Shown in pieces: positions 48,931 through 61,700 of a DNA stretch of 64,000 nt. Numbering within the stretch: the stretch's first letter is position 1; each line of letters begins with the position of its first letter. Made by a program: the position numbers and the translations under genes. This DNA comes from Phoronis australis (lineage: Eukaryota; Animalia; Phoronida), in contig NMRA01000016.1 of NCBI GenBank assembly GCA_002633005.1, positions 1,401,860 to 1,465,859 on the forward strand. The letters run 5' to 3'. Below the pieces are notes generated by a model that searched no databases, was not told the DNA's origin, and saw only the letters and a list, made by a program, of their open reading frames with translations.

Positions 48931-51900
48931 GGCATTTGATTGTACTATTGTGTCATTACAACACAACTAGACTTGCCATACTTCCATTGAAAGTTAAATG
49001 ATTTTTTCAAAATTAATTTTTTAGACATCTTGTTGTGCTACTTCTTTCAATTTATTTGATTACGTACTTTTAAAACCGAACTTCAGGATTTTAATGTGAA
49101 TCGATAATGAGTTGGAAGTAGCTTGACACGACTAGGTTGTCATCGCTCATGCAGGTAAAAGGATTTTGTTGAAATATTCATAAGCTTGAACGTAGTCATC
49201 CATCATTCAAGTAGTCTTTTCTATTGTCTGTGATGTGACACTCAGTAGTAGTTTGAATTTGTCAAGAAGAAATCAATTGATTGATGTGCATTCGAAACAT
49301 TTGTTTTGTTGTTATTGAAAACCTAGAACAAGAGGTCTGAACTAGAGTATGATTTAGAAACAATGAAGGGACATAACAGTTTTGCGAGGGAAAATGCATT
49401 TTTATGATTTTTGCTGGTTGGTATAGACTTATTTATTAGCTTTGACCAGAGCTATATAAAATAAAATTCATTTTTTTTGTGATTTTATTACAAATCATAA
49501 ATTCTAGCTGGTGACTGCTAGACATTCGTTAAGTCAAGATCGGCTACTTTACTACTTAAAAAACCCTTAAAACACTCTGCCATTTTCCGAGCAGGATAAT
49601 GGATCTGCCTGCAGAGCGTTAGACTATGATCCGGTGGTTGCAGGTTCACTTCCATGCTGTCGGGCTGATCTCAAAAAACATTTTCTGCCCCATAATCTCC
49701 CTTAAGTCCATGAGTGCAATCTAATGTGGAAAATTTATAACAAACTTGGATTATGCTATTCTTTGTAAATCCCTGTAATAGCAGGTATGGCTTATTTACT
49801 CACCTGGAAATCTCTAAGCTTATCAGTTGATGACATAAACTAGCTGCAGAAAACTGCCCTGGCAGCTAAGTGTCATGGCCCATGGTTACCACTCTTCATA
49901 ATCCATGATGTTTCTATGGGTGAATGGGCTTTTAAAATATCCACTTTATTATTATTTAAGGTTAAGAGGTGTATTATATACACATGGCAGAACTCCAGGA
50001 CTTTAATGTGGGTGGCTGTTATTGACTGGAGTCTACATACCATATATAGTGTGAAAGGAGAGAGGTCAGATTTGACAAGTGTTGTGTCATATGATCTATT
50101 TTGAAAGCTTTTCAAGCCTGTTAGTTGTTATCTATGCTGGCTGCTCTAGTCCAGGTATAATTCATATACCTGGATAGCTAGTGTTGATGATGTTAATGAC
50201 TTGATGATGATGACACCTTCTTAAGTGACAACGGCTGGTTAGCAATCTCATTATTGAACGCAACATCAGTCTTCAGCATGGACACTGGTTCCCAGGTGAG
50301 AGTTAACGATAGCATAAGTTACCTGCTTTAGATTTAATCTCAGTATCACTGCCACTGGTCTGTCATGTTTCGTCGTTAACTTGAAACATACACATTGCTA
50401 AAACAAAGCACATCGTTTTTAAAAATAATTACGTGCGGTCTGGTACACCTTGCGCCACGACGTGCCCAGGCCGCCCATGTGGGCCCATTGCACCGATCAC
50501 CTGGAACTATTTTTATGCTTCATTGATATTTAGCTAAAAACGGAGCTGAGGAGCTAGAGACCTGACTCAGGTGTATAGCAGTGTACCCCAGTGGGACTAG
50601 TCGAACTCATGACCTTGAGTAAAGGAAGTGGACAGTTACCTCTCATTTAAGGCTACACTGCTTCCTCTGTGCATGCTTGGTGACTACTTGAAGGACTTAA
50701 CAGTATAGAAGTACCGTAAATGTTCAAGTTAGTGCCCATGCTCATGTAAAGTGCTGAAGCACCGTCTACTTTTGATTGGGAACCCACTGCTTTTCTAAGC
50801 AGCCATCCTTTGCTTTTGAGAATTTTAGATTAAGCGCTTGCTGCTCGGGCTAACTACCACTCGTTCTGTGCTTTATCGATTATTTTCAAAATGTTAAGGG
50901 AACTTTCAAATGCAGAAGCCTATCAATTTTAAATCTAGTTCAGTTGTACCCAGGGACAGTGTTACTGCTAGCATCTTCTTCAGTAGACTGCATTTCATAG
51001 TATTCCTTTTGTAGCAAATCCAACATCTTGTCTTAAATTTCTAATAAAAAACAGCATAGCATCACATCCCACAGGAGATGTTACGCATGCATTACCCACT
51101 TGCTGTCAGTTTTTTTTTAATTTGTTTATTTTGAGTACTTGAAAAAGGATTTTGATTACCGTAACAGACATGACCAATAATGTCATGGACAATTTCCCAA
51201 TGCTAGTTCATCTTTTTCAGTTCTATGTTGCTAATGAGAATGTTTATTCTGCCAGATGCTTAGTATACTACCGGAACCCCACCGTGCGGCACAAACACAT
51301 AGTTGCTTGGCCTAGTGAGTAGCTGACACTAGACTAGTTTCCTGTCGCGGACATTAAGCTAATCAACTACAATTCACTACACTCCTCCCCGTTAAGCGTC
51401 ATTTTTTTATAATACTTGCGGGCTTTTATTCTTAGACACAGTGAATTATGATTATAAACTTATTCACGTCAATATGTTTCATCTAATAATTGAACTTTAA
51501 AGCAATTTAGCGAGACGAGCAGTGACGATAATTTTTCATGCACGTAGAAGTGATTCATGACAACTCTTGGAGACTCCACTGTTGTTGACTGGCAATAAAA
51601 TGTCAAGCACTAGTGTGCGTTATTGCAATTCAGGCGAGGAGCTCACTGTATTGGGTTCTAAAATTTTGTTTGTTGAAAAATCAACGTGTGGGTGATTATA
51701 ATGCTTTAATTACTTTTTTAACGGCCACAGTCAGCCAGTGTCAGTTTGCTGCCAAGTGAACTTAAACAGTACGTTCTCGGTAACCACAGCGATTGCCGGG
51801 CAACTGCCTCTATGTTTTGGTCACGGATTTCCCGCCAGGGTGATGAAGAAAATACGCTTACAAATCTATATTTTGTCTAATTTATTACCAGAATGCACCC

Positions 51901-53806
51901 TAAAGCTGAAATTTGCTGTACCTTCCCGATGAGTCACTTGGTAACTTGGAATTTATTAAACACTAGGCTTCTTATGTAAGCAACTGGATAAACATTTGGA
52001 CAATAGACAAACAACTTTGCTAACAAGGACCAAAATATGAATACAAAACAACCAAACAAAGTAACACCGATTTTACTTTTAGGTGGTCGATACGTTTTCA
52101 AGGACAACTTGGCCGTCATTCAGAAACCATTCCTGAACTAATGTACAGGGAACTGAGGTTACTGAAATAAGCGGGTATAGTGAATGCATTAAATGTTGAA
52201 GATGAAATCTAAAATACCCCCATCACAGTTTTCTAAATGATCATTCTGTTCTCGTTTATGCAACTTTCTAGTTTTTTTTCGTGTAAATCATAAAAGTTCT
52301 GTTGTAATAGCCTTTATGCAAAAATGGAGCTTTTTAAAAACAATTCCTCTCGTCTTGAAAAACAGTGCACAACGCATGCGATGTATCTGAAAGTTTCATT
52401 ATAAATCCTTTCAGCCATTTCGGAGATATAATGTTTCAGTTAGCAAAACTTGGACATTTTCTAGGGTATTACATGACCTTGATTTCATACTCGTATTAAA
52501 CCCCTTAAATGTTTCTCCTGTGCACTGATGTTACCGAGGCAAAACGATTATGAAACATGAGTTTTTGTGTTCAACGAAGGCTGTTCTCAGAGAGCTCATT
52601 TCCTGAGGTGATGAATACGCAGGTGATTTGAAAAATTATTTAATGTAAATTAAATTGCCATTAGGGAAATTTTGCGAGAACATCAAAGAGGAAATCTCTC
52701 TGATTTGGTGATTGTGAAAAAGTTATTGATTGTTTCTTGAAGTTTGTTGTATTCAGCCAGTATTTAGTTCGTTTTCTTCAGCTAGTATCCAAGTGTGTTA
52801 AATGTTGCAAACTGAGCAACTGCTGTGTAGTGGATAAGAGGTAATATTGATTTGCCATCTCTTGTAAAGGTAAATGGTTTTGCCCCATAGATCTTAAGAT
52901 GGTCATTTGTTTGATTAACTATAATCTGCCCTAAATTGCTTTGCTTTGCCTTAAATCCCTAATATGCTGCTGGTTTACAGGACACCATTGACACAGGGCA
53001 AACTGAAAGGAGACAGCCGAACTGTTGGTGTGTAAACGAAATTTGTTTTTGTATTAAAAAAGATAACAAGAAAAGTAGGGTATGAATGAGAATGGAGGTA
53101 TGAGACCCAGATGGAGGAAGACCGCGGGGCATGATAATTTTGATAATTGATATTTTTGCTGTTGGTTTGTTGTTACAACATTAAAAAGTTATGTTTCTAT
53201 CTATGAGTTGGTCAGCTGATATAAACGATATTTATTTAGAAATTTTGTTCTCTTTAGCTTAATTTTCATGTTGTCATGGTGGTGCTTAATGAGAAGATCA
53301 TCAAAATTCACTAGGTGGCGCTGAGTAACAGCGGTCTACCTGTGCAAATGCATGCATTTGGTGCTGCGCTCCGTAACGCTAGTTTCTTACAAGTTTGTCA
53401 AGATTATGCATTTCTGAAAAATATTGAAGCACGTGACCATTACTAGCTTTCAATCATGATTATCTTGTGTGGAAGATTGGGACCCTAGTTGTCGCATGGA
53501 ACTTTGATCCGAGGAAACACTCCAATTAGGTGTCCATTTTCTCAGTATTTGGTAATCGTTGTGTTCAGTTAGAGATGCTGAACCCGAGTTTGGGAATAAG
53601 ACGGATAATGTTCATTTCTAACTGAAACTGAATAGTTTATATGTTATACATCGACTCAAATCACAGGATTAGGTATGTGATGGTCAATTTGGGTTAGATT
53701 ACGAGTGGCAGTGTCAAAAAGTAGTGTGGCGGGCTACCCAGAATTTTGCCCGCCGAAGGAACACTGTTTATTAGACAAGGTCGTAATACCAGTCTACTTT
53801 TATTTT

Positions 53807-54261
53807 GTTGATTAAAAATAGGCGTTATTTGGAAAAAATATTCTGAGCTTGTAAAAGTCTTGCCTAGTTTCAATTTTAAACAATTCAAAATCAATCAAAC
53901 ATGACAAACGTCAATTTCTCAGTAATGACTGCACTAATGGCTAATAATCACGGTGCTTCATGTGCAAAATAAATTGTGACTGAGTTTATGGCTGCCAGGG
54001 CAACAGGTGAGGGACACAACTCACAACAGTGAGNGTTGATTAAAAATAGGCGTTTTTTGGAAAAAATATTCTGAGCTTGTAAAAGTCTTGCCTAGTTTCA
54101 ATTTTAAACAATTCAAAATCAATCAAACATGACAAACGTCAATCTCTCAGTAATGACTGCACTAATGGCTAATAATCACGGTGCTTCATGTGCAAAATAA
54201 ATTGTGACTGAGTTTATGGCTGCCAGGGCAACAGGTGAGGGACACGACTCACAACAGTGAG
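53807..54261. repeat. 227-bp direct duplication across a single-N join
   Basis: 53807-54033 matches 54035-54261; N at 54034. Confidence 0.88.
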
Positions 54262-54713
54262 GTCATATGCTAAGCACATGCGTCGCTTCTTTAAGGGGTC
54301 AACAACCTCACCGACTTTGGTGCTTGACCACATGGACCTGGTCATCGACTTTGCGTTTTTTTTTGCACTCAACGGGGTTGGAGATTTCACCATGTTCTAA
54401 CTAAATCCACCGCCGCTTTCTGGAGCTATGTGGTCACCCTGTGGCATGAGACCACGTCGCCATCATATATGACCAACGAGGTCAACTGCGACACAGTACT
54501 TTTATTTTGTTTCATATCCCCTCTGACAAGTTTTTATGTGGTCTATTACCAGCAAATTAAATTTAATTTGCCGATTAATGTCATGGAACCACAAATTGAT
54601 TTTAGTGAGGACTGGTGACCTCATTCCTGCATTGTGTTGATTAAGGAGTGACCTGTTGGGTAATAAGTGACGCGCGGTTGGCCACCCTGTGGCTGTTGTC
54701 TATTCTCTCTCTG

Positions 54714-54947
54714 CGTCCCGTTCCAAGAAAACTGTCTTAGCTAAGACGAATATTAAATTTCAGTCAATTTTAAGATGAAACTTAAATTTGTCTCAAGTCT
54801 ATTTCAAGAAAGAGATCTGAAGTTTGACTTAAGTTTTGTCTTATTTTTGACTAACTTACTGGATGTGGAAGTTTCAAGGTTTGGAAGTTGAAGCAAATCA
54901 TAGACTTAAGTCTAAAGCGAACTTAAATCAATTTCTTGGAATGGCCC
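54714..54947. mobile_element. PIF/Harbinger-like MITE
   Basis: ctg-CGTCCCGTTCCAAGAAA ... TTTCTTGGAATGGCCC-cag; imperfect TIRs, CWG flanks, CTTAAG-rich interior. Confidence 0.5.
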
Positions 54948-57900
54948 CAGGACTGTTGCTACAGATGGCATTCTGTGAAGGAGTCCTTAAATCATGAATG
55001 TCACTGACTGCAGCCTGCAGGGTTATTCACCCTCTGTCTTAATTCCCTATGTACAAATCTTGTTCAAATGTTAATGCAACACACAGCTTACTATGAAATT
55101 TTGGAGCATTGCGAGTGCAAGGGTGGAGTTATGGATATTCATTGAAGAAGAGTACTCCAAATAGTACTTGGCAGATGTGCAAAAATGGTTGTCTGAAATG
55201 ATACCATTATGAAAAAGCCCTGTTAACACTAACATAGCTTAGAGTCATCAGTATTCTTCATTATTCATAGTCTGAAGGTTTATGTTTGTATCATAATAAA
55301 GAATAATTCTTCTTGCGTTATGTCAGGTACGTGTTCGCAGTTGTAAGCATTTAAGTGGCGATTGTCAGTGGTTAATGAGCAAATTGCTGCGACATTGTAA
55401 GATTTCGTGATTCAAGAATCTATTTGTATTTATTTAATGAAACTTGAAGAGTTTGCAATTATTAAGAAGTCATTAACAAAATAGCATTTGATTTTCCTTC
55501 TATGAATATCAGTTTGTACTAAGTGTCCTTTTGTGGAATGTTTCTCAAAATTTGGATGAAAAATAGCATTGACCCGATTGCATTTGAAGATTCAGGGTTC
55601 ATTATTTCTGAAAATGACATTTGACTGTCAAAAGGTGCTTCATGCCAGATGTAATAGGTGAAAAACTACACTGCTTCCCAGGTAGAACTTTCGTTACTGT
55701 ACCTTGGGATCAGTTACGGCCACTGCAGACAGTGAGGTGCAAGCTGAGCTGTCTGCCTCAAGTGACCGAAAGCTGAGCAGACAGTTCACACCAAGGCAAG
55801 ACCAATTTAATGAACTGGGGGCTTGTTTATTCAATAGGGGACTTTCATATTTGGTTTCTCTAGGGTAATGAGAGCACAGAAGTAATGCTGACTCAGATTT
55901 GGTGGACAGAAACTCAATTCCTGCATAGTGGTTCATCAAGTTAAAAGCAGAGGAATAAATTACAGGGGATCTCAGTGTTCTCCACATTGTAAATTCCAAA
56001 CTCAACGCAAATATTTAGTAGCACTAGTTGACATTGTGTCATTTCTAATCTTAACCATGGGTTTGCTGGAGGTATTTATATGTGGTTTAAAACTGCACAC
56101 TGCACTGGTGTGACCTACTTTTTAGACACTTCAAAGTTTAGCTTTCCTTCCAATATATCTTATAATTCCTCCAAAGCATTTGACAGACCCAGAGCTTCTA
56201 ACAAAAGATTAAAAATTCTTTTAATAATATCAATGCCGATTTTAATATCAATTAGACATATTAAGTACTACTAACATGAGTTCTGATGTGACCTAGTTTT
56301 TGTGACACCTGTTGTCAAGTTGAATAAGCTCATAAAAGCTCTAACTTGCCACAAGATGTCAGTCAAAATCAAAATTGTCTTTATTAAGCCAATTAAATTG
56401 TTTCTTTACAGATTGACTTGCAAAATTTTAAAGTTAGAATGACAAAATAAATTAGACAGTTGATTAAGCAAGCTAGATGACTCCATGAAATTTTTGTTAT
56501 TTGAACATTTTTGCAGATTTTATTAATGATAATTTAAACTCTTTTTGTAGTGTCATACAAAGTTATACATATAGTGTTGACTGCCTCTAACATTCTGTAA
56601 TGGGCTTAATGTTTGTTAATCAGGCCCTGTTTAGTGTCGAGGGCTGAAATGCCAAGCCAGGCCAAAAGTTCAAACCTGACGCAGCACTTTTCAAACTCGA
56701 TGCGCATTTTCCAAACTCACGCAGCGTCGAGTTAAAACAGGTCGTGGAGAACCCTGGATCTGTAGGTGCCGCTGAACACTTGTCCGTCGAAAACTTGATC
56801 GCCCTCTGGTGGAATAGTGAATTTCACTATGGTGCGGCTGTTACAAAAGTCAGGCTATAGTAGTATTTTCCACGCATTGAGGTGACCTGACAACTTCGGC
56901 TGTCGTTCACTTGAGACAGACAGTTCAGTTACTGACTCTTCATCTGTGGTGTAGCATCTGAAACTTAATTGGATCTTCCTAGTTACCTATGACATTTGGA
57001 TGCCAATTTGTAATTACAGATCTTATAATAGGTAATGTCAGCACACATTAAAAATACACCCTAATAATTCCATGTCTGTGTATCTGACAAAATCGGTGAC
57101 TGAGAAATAGTACATGATGAAAATTCCTTGCGGAGACAATGGCCCCGACCCGGTAGAGAGAGAAGGACCCACCCGAGATGATACCTTCTAGAGCAAACTA
57201 TCCACCTGACTGAGTTAGTAACAATTGTTCTTGCCAACTCCTAGCTCGTACCTGGAGGAGAGCTCCTACAATTGTTCCCCAAGCTAATTCTTAGACTATT
57301 TTCAGCTTTGTCTGTGGTTGATCCTGTTGGCATAATCCTACTATTTTTAATGAAACCCACTTGAGATTATTTAACCATTAAAAGCATACGTTGTTTAGTG
57401 TCAACTCCAGACTGTTTGTTTCCAAATCCAGGTATCAATCCACCTAATCCATTAGTATTAGTGTTCCTTGCAATCATTTGTCTAGCATCAGAGCTGGCAT
57501 GCTAATTTAGCTACCTTGGCTTCAAAGAGTTGTTTCAACCTGTGTTGTAAAGTCATTGCCCTAGATGCGGCAAATGCTCTGCAGTCCACCCAAAAGAAAC
57601 TTCCAGGCTTTTTACTTTCAACTTTTCTCCAGTACTGAGCATCCATACGTAATAAGTCAGATGAATGTTTTAGACCAGGCTGCAGTTGTTAAAAGACTCT
57701 GAAGTTACTTTGATGTATATGGGTCATCGGAGTTGTGGCAAATTTGTGCTCTGAAAGCATTTTGTAGACATCATTTTTTAAATTGGAAGTATTGTATATC
57801 TGGCTGTATAATAAAGAAAACAAAATACTTAAGTGGTAGAATCTGGCCTTCATTTACTTGATATCCAGACTTAAATTTAGACACCCTAAGCTAGGACTAG

Positions 57901-58115
57901 GCCCTGTTTATTGACTTACCGCAAGGAGCTTTATAACAGTTTCTAATAACTGACTCTTACACAAGTCTTTATGCCCAGTTTGGTCATGTTCTTTGGAAGG
58001 AAATGTTATTGTGTGGTTGAAGTTCCTTTTGCAATATTTGAGTTAAAAGTGATGTGTGACCCCGCTAAAATTGACATCATAAATCATTTGCAGAGGAGTG
58101 GATAGTGATGACGAC

Positions 58116-59003
58116 CAGGCCTTTATCCAGGATTTTGAAAATAGGGTGTCCAAAATGGGGTTCCCAATATTCCAGGGCGTCCACGATTCTGACGCATAAC
58201 CCCTCACCCCCAGAAATCCCCCCCAAACACAGATGTTTTTACAAAAAATGCATAGACCAAGCTGTTTTTACATCTAAGTTTACAAAACAGCCTACTGTAG
58301 TGAGCAGTTTACTAAAAAACTGTAGACCAAGACTTACAATGCTATCAACCAAGTGTGAACATAGCAACATTTTATGTACTTTGTATATATACTGTATGTT
58401 TCTTCCTGCTTTGAAAAAGAGCCCCCACTGTGAGCCTTCAAAGGCTTCCTAGTATTCATTACAATGTGCGAGTCCAAACTTGAAAGGTTCCTATTGACAG
58501 TGGGCGTCCAAATGATACATTGGGCATCCTTGCCAGGGCGTCCAGGGCCAGTCTCCAATCTTTTTACTCCAAATGGAACTCGAAATTAGGTTTGGCATTT
58601 TCTACACTACTTTTGGGCGAACTCAAGATAAGTGTCTATTATTCTATGCTCGAGTACACAATAACTTACGTAGATAATTTATTGCCCTTAGTTCACAGTT
58701 TGTAAACCCAATATTAAAGCAATAAGTTCGAGTTTGAACTCGAAATTTCGAGTTTTTACTCGAGTTTGTAGCACGAATATAAGAGTCTCCAAGGGCAAAC
58801 TTGAACTAGAAACTTCTATGCATAAACTATAATGTATTCGAGCACAGTCTGATAACCAATTATCTTAAGTTCGCACAAAAGGAGCAGAGAAATTGCCAAA
58901 AATAGTTTCGAGTTCGTTTCGAGTACAAAGATTAGAGACCGGGCCCAGATTAGTGCTAGGGCATCCATTTGGACGCCCAGGACATACGCTGCATAAAGGC
59001 CTG
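58116..59003. mobile_element. hAT-like non-autonomous element containing a nested MITE
   Basis: TIRs CAGGCCTTTATCCAG / CTGCATAAAGGCCTG; flanks ATGACGAC / ACCACGAC (imperfect TSD); GGGCGTCCA subterminal repeats. Confidence 0.7.
58546..58945. mobile_element. PIF/Harbinger-like MITE, copy 2 (complete, CAG TSD)
   Basis: CAG-GGCCAGTCTCCAATCTTT ... AAAGATTAGAGACCGGGCC-CAG; near-identical to 2694-3085. Confidence 0.8.
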
Positions 59004-59102
59004 ACCACGACGATGAGGTACGATGATTACAATAAGATGATAATGTCATCATAGATTAACTGTGGAAATGGCTTTCTTTATATTTAAATGAATTTAACAT
59101 TA

Positions 59103-60150
59103 CCGTATTCGCCCTAATAAGCGCCCAGGGCGCTTAGAAAAATTCTTTTCGGGGGAGTTCGCTTTATTGTAGCCTAAGGCAGTTGAAACTCGGTCTCCGA
59201 AATGTGTGAAATCGGAAGCTAAGATTCATCAAATTTGCGCTGTGCGACGTATCTGTAACCTATGACAGACATTCCACAAAATTGTGGTGCATTGCTATCA
59301 AACTTCGTTGTTAAATTACGATCCTTTTCCAGAGAATTGTGTGGAAATCCCAGGGCGAAAACTCGCTGACTTATGCGTCGCTGCCTCGCCACCGTCAATA
59401 GGGCAACTTGAATTCTTGAATAAAAATAGTTTCGACTCAACAAATTACCTGAAATCCTCCTTAAGTTTTCCAAATAGCGCCCTAAGTTATTTAAGTTCCT
59501 GTAGAGTCGGGGTTAACCGCTGATTAAGTCCAAATCTGCGCTAGATCACACCCCGCAACACGAGAAAAATCTGAACGAGCACACATGTTGTTGTCACGTG
59601 ACGTTTGTTTTGAAGTTTGTCAGCGTGTGTGTGGCGAGTGAGCGAGTGCGTGCATGTTATCAGAGTAGCAGGCCTACATGTAGTATGTAGCATGTGTTTC
59701 CTGGCCATGTGTTTTTTTATTAGTCTTCAATTCGCAGTTCTCATGTGTTCGAAGAAATCTGGATTCCTGTTGAGGGAGAAGATTTGTATGGGAAAAATAC
59801 AATACTATCCCTTTGACAAGTACGCTGCGTCTGTTCTGAAAGGCCTGATCATAGTGGGACACGTTCCTCGTAAGATCAGTAAATTTTTCGCATTCTTTTT
59901 GAAGCACTGCGGAAGTTAGAAGTCATAAGCAGCGATGTTCGTGGTCTAGAAATTCCGCGCACAATGATTTTTTCAGGACTGTCGGATATTTTTGATAAAT
60001 TGAAGACGTTACTGTAGAATTTTAGAACTGTGGGTAAGGCCTTTTTCGCATGTATACATTCATGGGCTGGGCGCTTATTTTAGCAAAGTCTGAAAACGCG
60101 TGGTGGAGGAGCGTTTATAGGAGCATGGGTGCTTATTAGGGAGAATACGG
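59103..60150 (+). mobile_element. 1,048-bp TIR element (TA TSD, CCGTA ends; Tc1/mariner-pogo/Tc2-like) carrying a HIRAN gene relic
   Basis: TA-CCGTATTCGCCCTAATAAGCGCCC ... GGGTGCTTATTAGGGAGAATACGG-TA; 22/24 TIR match. Confidence 0.85.
59707..60017 (+). pseudogene. Frameshifted stand-alone HIRAN-like domain gene
   Basis: Three frame segments: SSIRSSHVFEEIWIPVEGEDL / YPFDKYAASVLKGLIIVGHVPRKISKFFAFFLKHCGS / RGLEIPRTMIFSGLSDIFDKLKTLL*. The PFD..A..V.....VGHVPR pattern is characteristic of HIRAN. Confidence 0.7.
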
Positions 60151-61521
60151 TATGTAGAATTTATAAGACTAAAGAAAATAAAAAACGCAACAGGAAAGAA
60201 GTAAATGTAAGTGAGAAACAGGCACTTTACATACTAAGTCCGTCTAACCCAGGTAGCTGTTAATTCAATTTGTGTGTGTTGGGTGATGGATTCCCTGCAC
60301 CGACCTTGACCTTAAACTCATCCTGGGGTTACCTTTTTAGTTGTTCAATTGATGCAATGTTAGTTGAATCTAACTGCGCAGGGTTGCTAATAATTTTTGT
60401 CATCAGACAGAGGCTTATTGTCGTGTTGAGGTTCGTGTTTAACCGTTGATGGCATTTAAGTTATTCCACAGGAATACGGCAATCGATATACGAGTCATGA
60501 GGAATGAGAATTGATTATTTTTGAAATTTTCTAGAATTCAACCCACTTCACGCTGGCCATTTAAGCTAATAGCTTCAGGTGCTCTGAAACTGCGTACTAA
60601 TAGAATCCCAATATAGTCCTGCTGTGGGGAATCGATATTCTTATGAAAAACGAGGAAGCTTGTTTAACTCTTGCATTGAAAAGATCGCTACACCTGGTAT
60701 TGTGAATAATCTGGATCAGATTTCACGCAATTTCCAGGTTATTAGAAATTGTTAACGCACCATCTCAGTGCAGTCCCGAAGAATGTCATTTAAATACCTT
60801 GTTCATCTGGCTTTGTGGAGTAGTTGATAGATACTGGTATGGAACAACATGTTGGAGTAGGTAACATTGATAAGCAGTCTTGTAGACATGCTACCTGAGC
60901 GAACACTGTGGCGTGTGTGTCCGTGGTAGCTCCTCCTACTAGATTACTGTTTGCTTAGTTGTAAACTGGCATGATACCTGTTTTGATCTGTCTTTGTATG
61001 TATAGCAATTCTTTCAATTTGAGACAAAACAATAACGTAACTAAAATAACAATTTTTTCAAAGAGTGCCTTATTGTTACTGAAAGTTATTTTTTGACGAA
61101 ATGAAATTTCACTTGTCTGCCATATTCTGTTCCAAACTGGAGGATTCCCGTTTGCAATTGGATAACTTATTACATGGTAACTATTCCGATTTTTTACAGG
61201 AGGCTATCCTTTTGTTGAATGAAGCCAGAGACATTCCTCAGCTCAACTCTGCCATCAAGCAAGCTGCCATATTGGTTTTGTCGGAAGTGGTAAGATGATC
61301 TGTAGTTGTTTAGGTCAATAGTTGATTGACAGGCCACTTGTCACAGCTAAATACATACACTAAAGTAATCCGAAAAAATACCGTTCATCCATCGTGAGGG
61401 CTAAGTCTGTTACCATATAGCCCACAGTTAGGCGCATGTGCCTATATGGGGTTCATTGCGATTTTTGCCAGATTTTTGTACTCAAATATCCCGCATATAA
61501 GTGCATGTGCCTAAGATCCGC

Positions 61522-61700
61522 AATTGACCTATCGCAAGCTCCGCCCTTTTGCGAAATGCCGACAAACAAGCAATAAGTTTTACCCAGCAACATGTTGTTT
61601 GTCGGGTAAAATAGCGGCTTGGAAACGGAGGTGTGTCAAGAATTCTGCATTCTGATAGGTCAGTTCAGCCGTCAATCAAAATCCTGGCGATAGGTCAATT
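61522..61700. mobile_element. Small MITE, apparently nested in a decayed TA-CCGT-type element (about 61379-61758)
   Basis: Perfect 14-bp inverted ends: AATTGACCTATCGC ... GCGATAGGTCAATT. Confidence 0.65.

Noticed and set aside
49590-49730. tRNA-like B-box sequence (also near 50580-50660 on the minus strand)
   Set aside because: No cloverleaf can be formed; at most decayed SINE heads.
55889-55940. About 50-bp sequence repeated near 63675-63725
   Set aside because: Short dispersed-repeat fragment with no termini or structure to support more.
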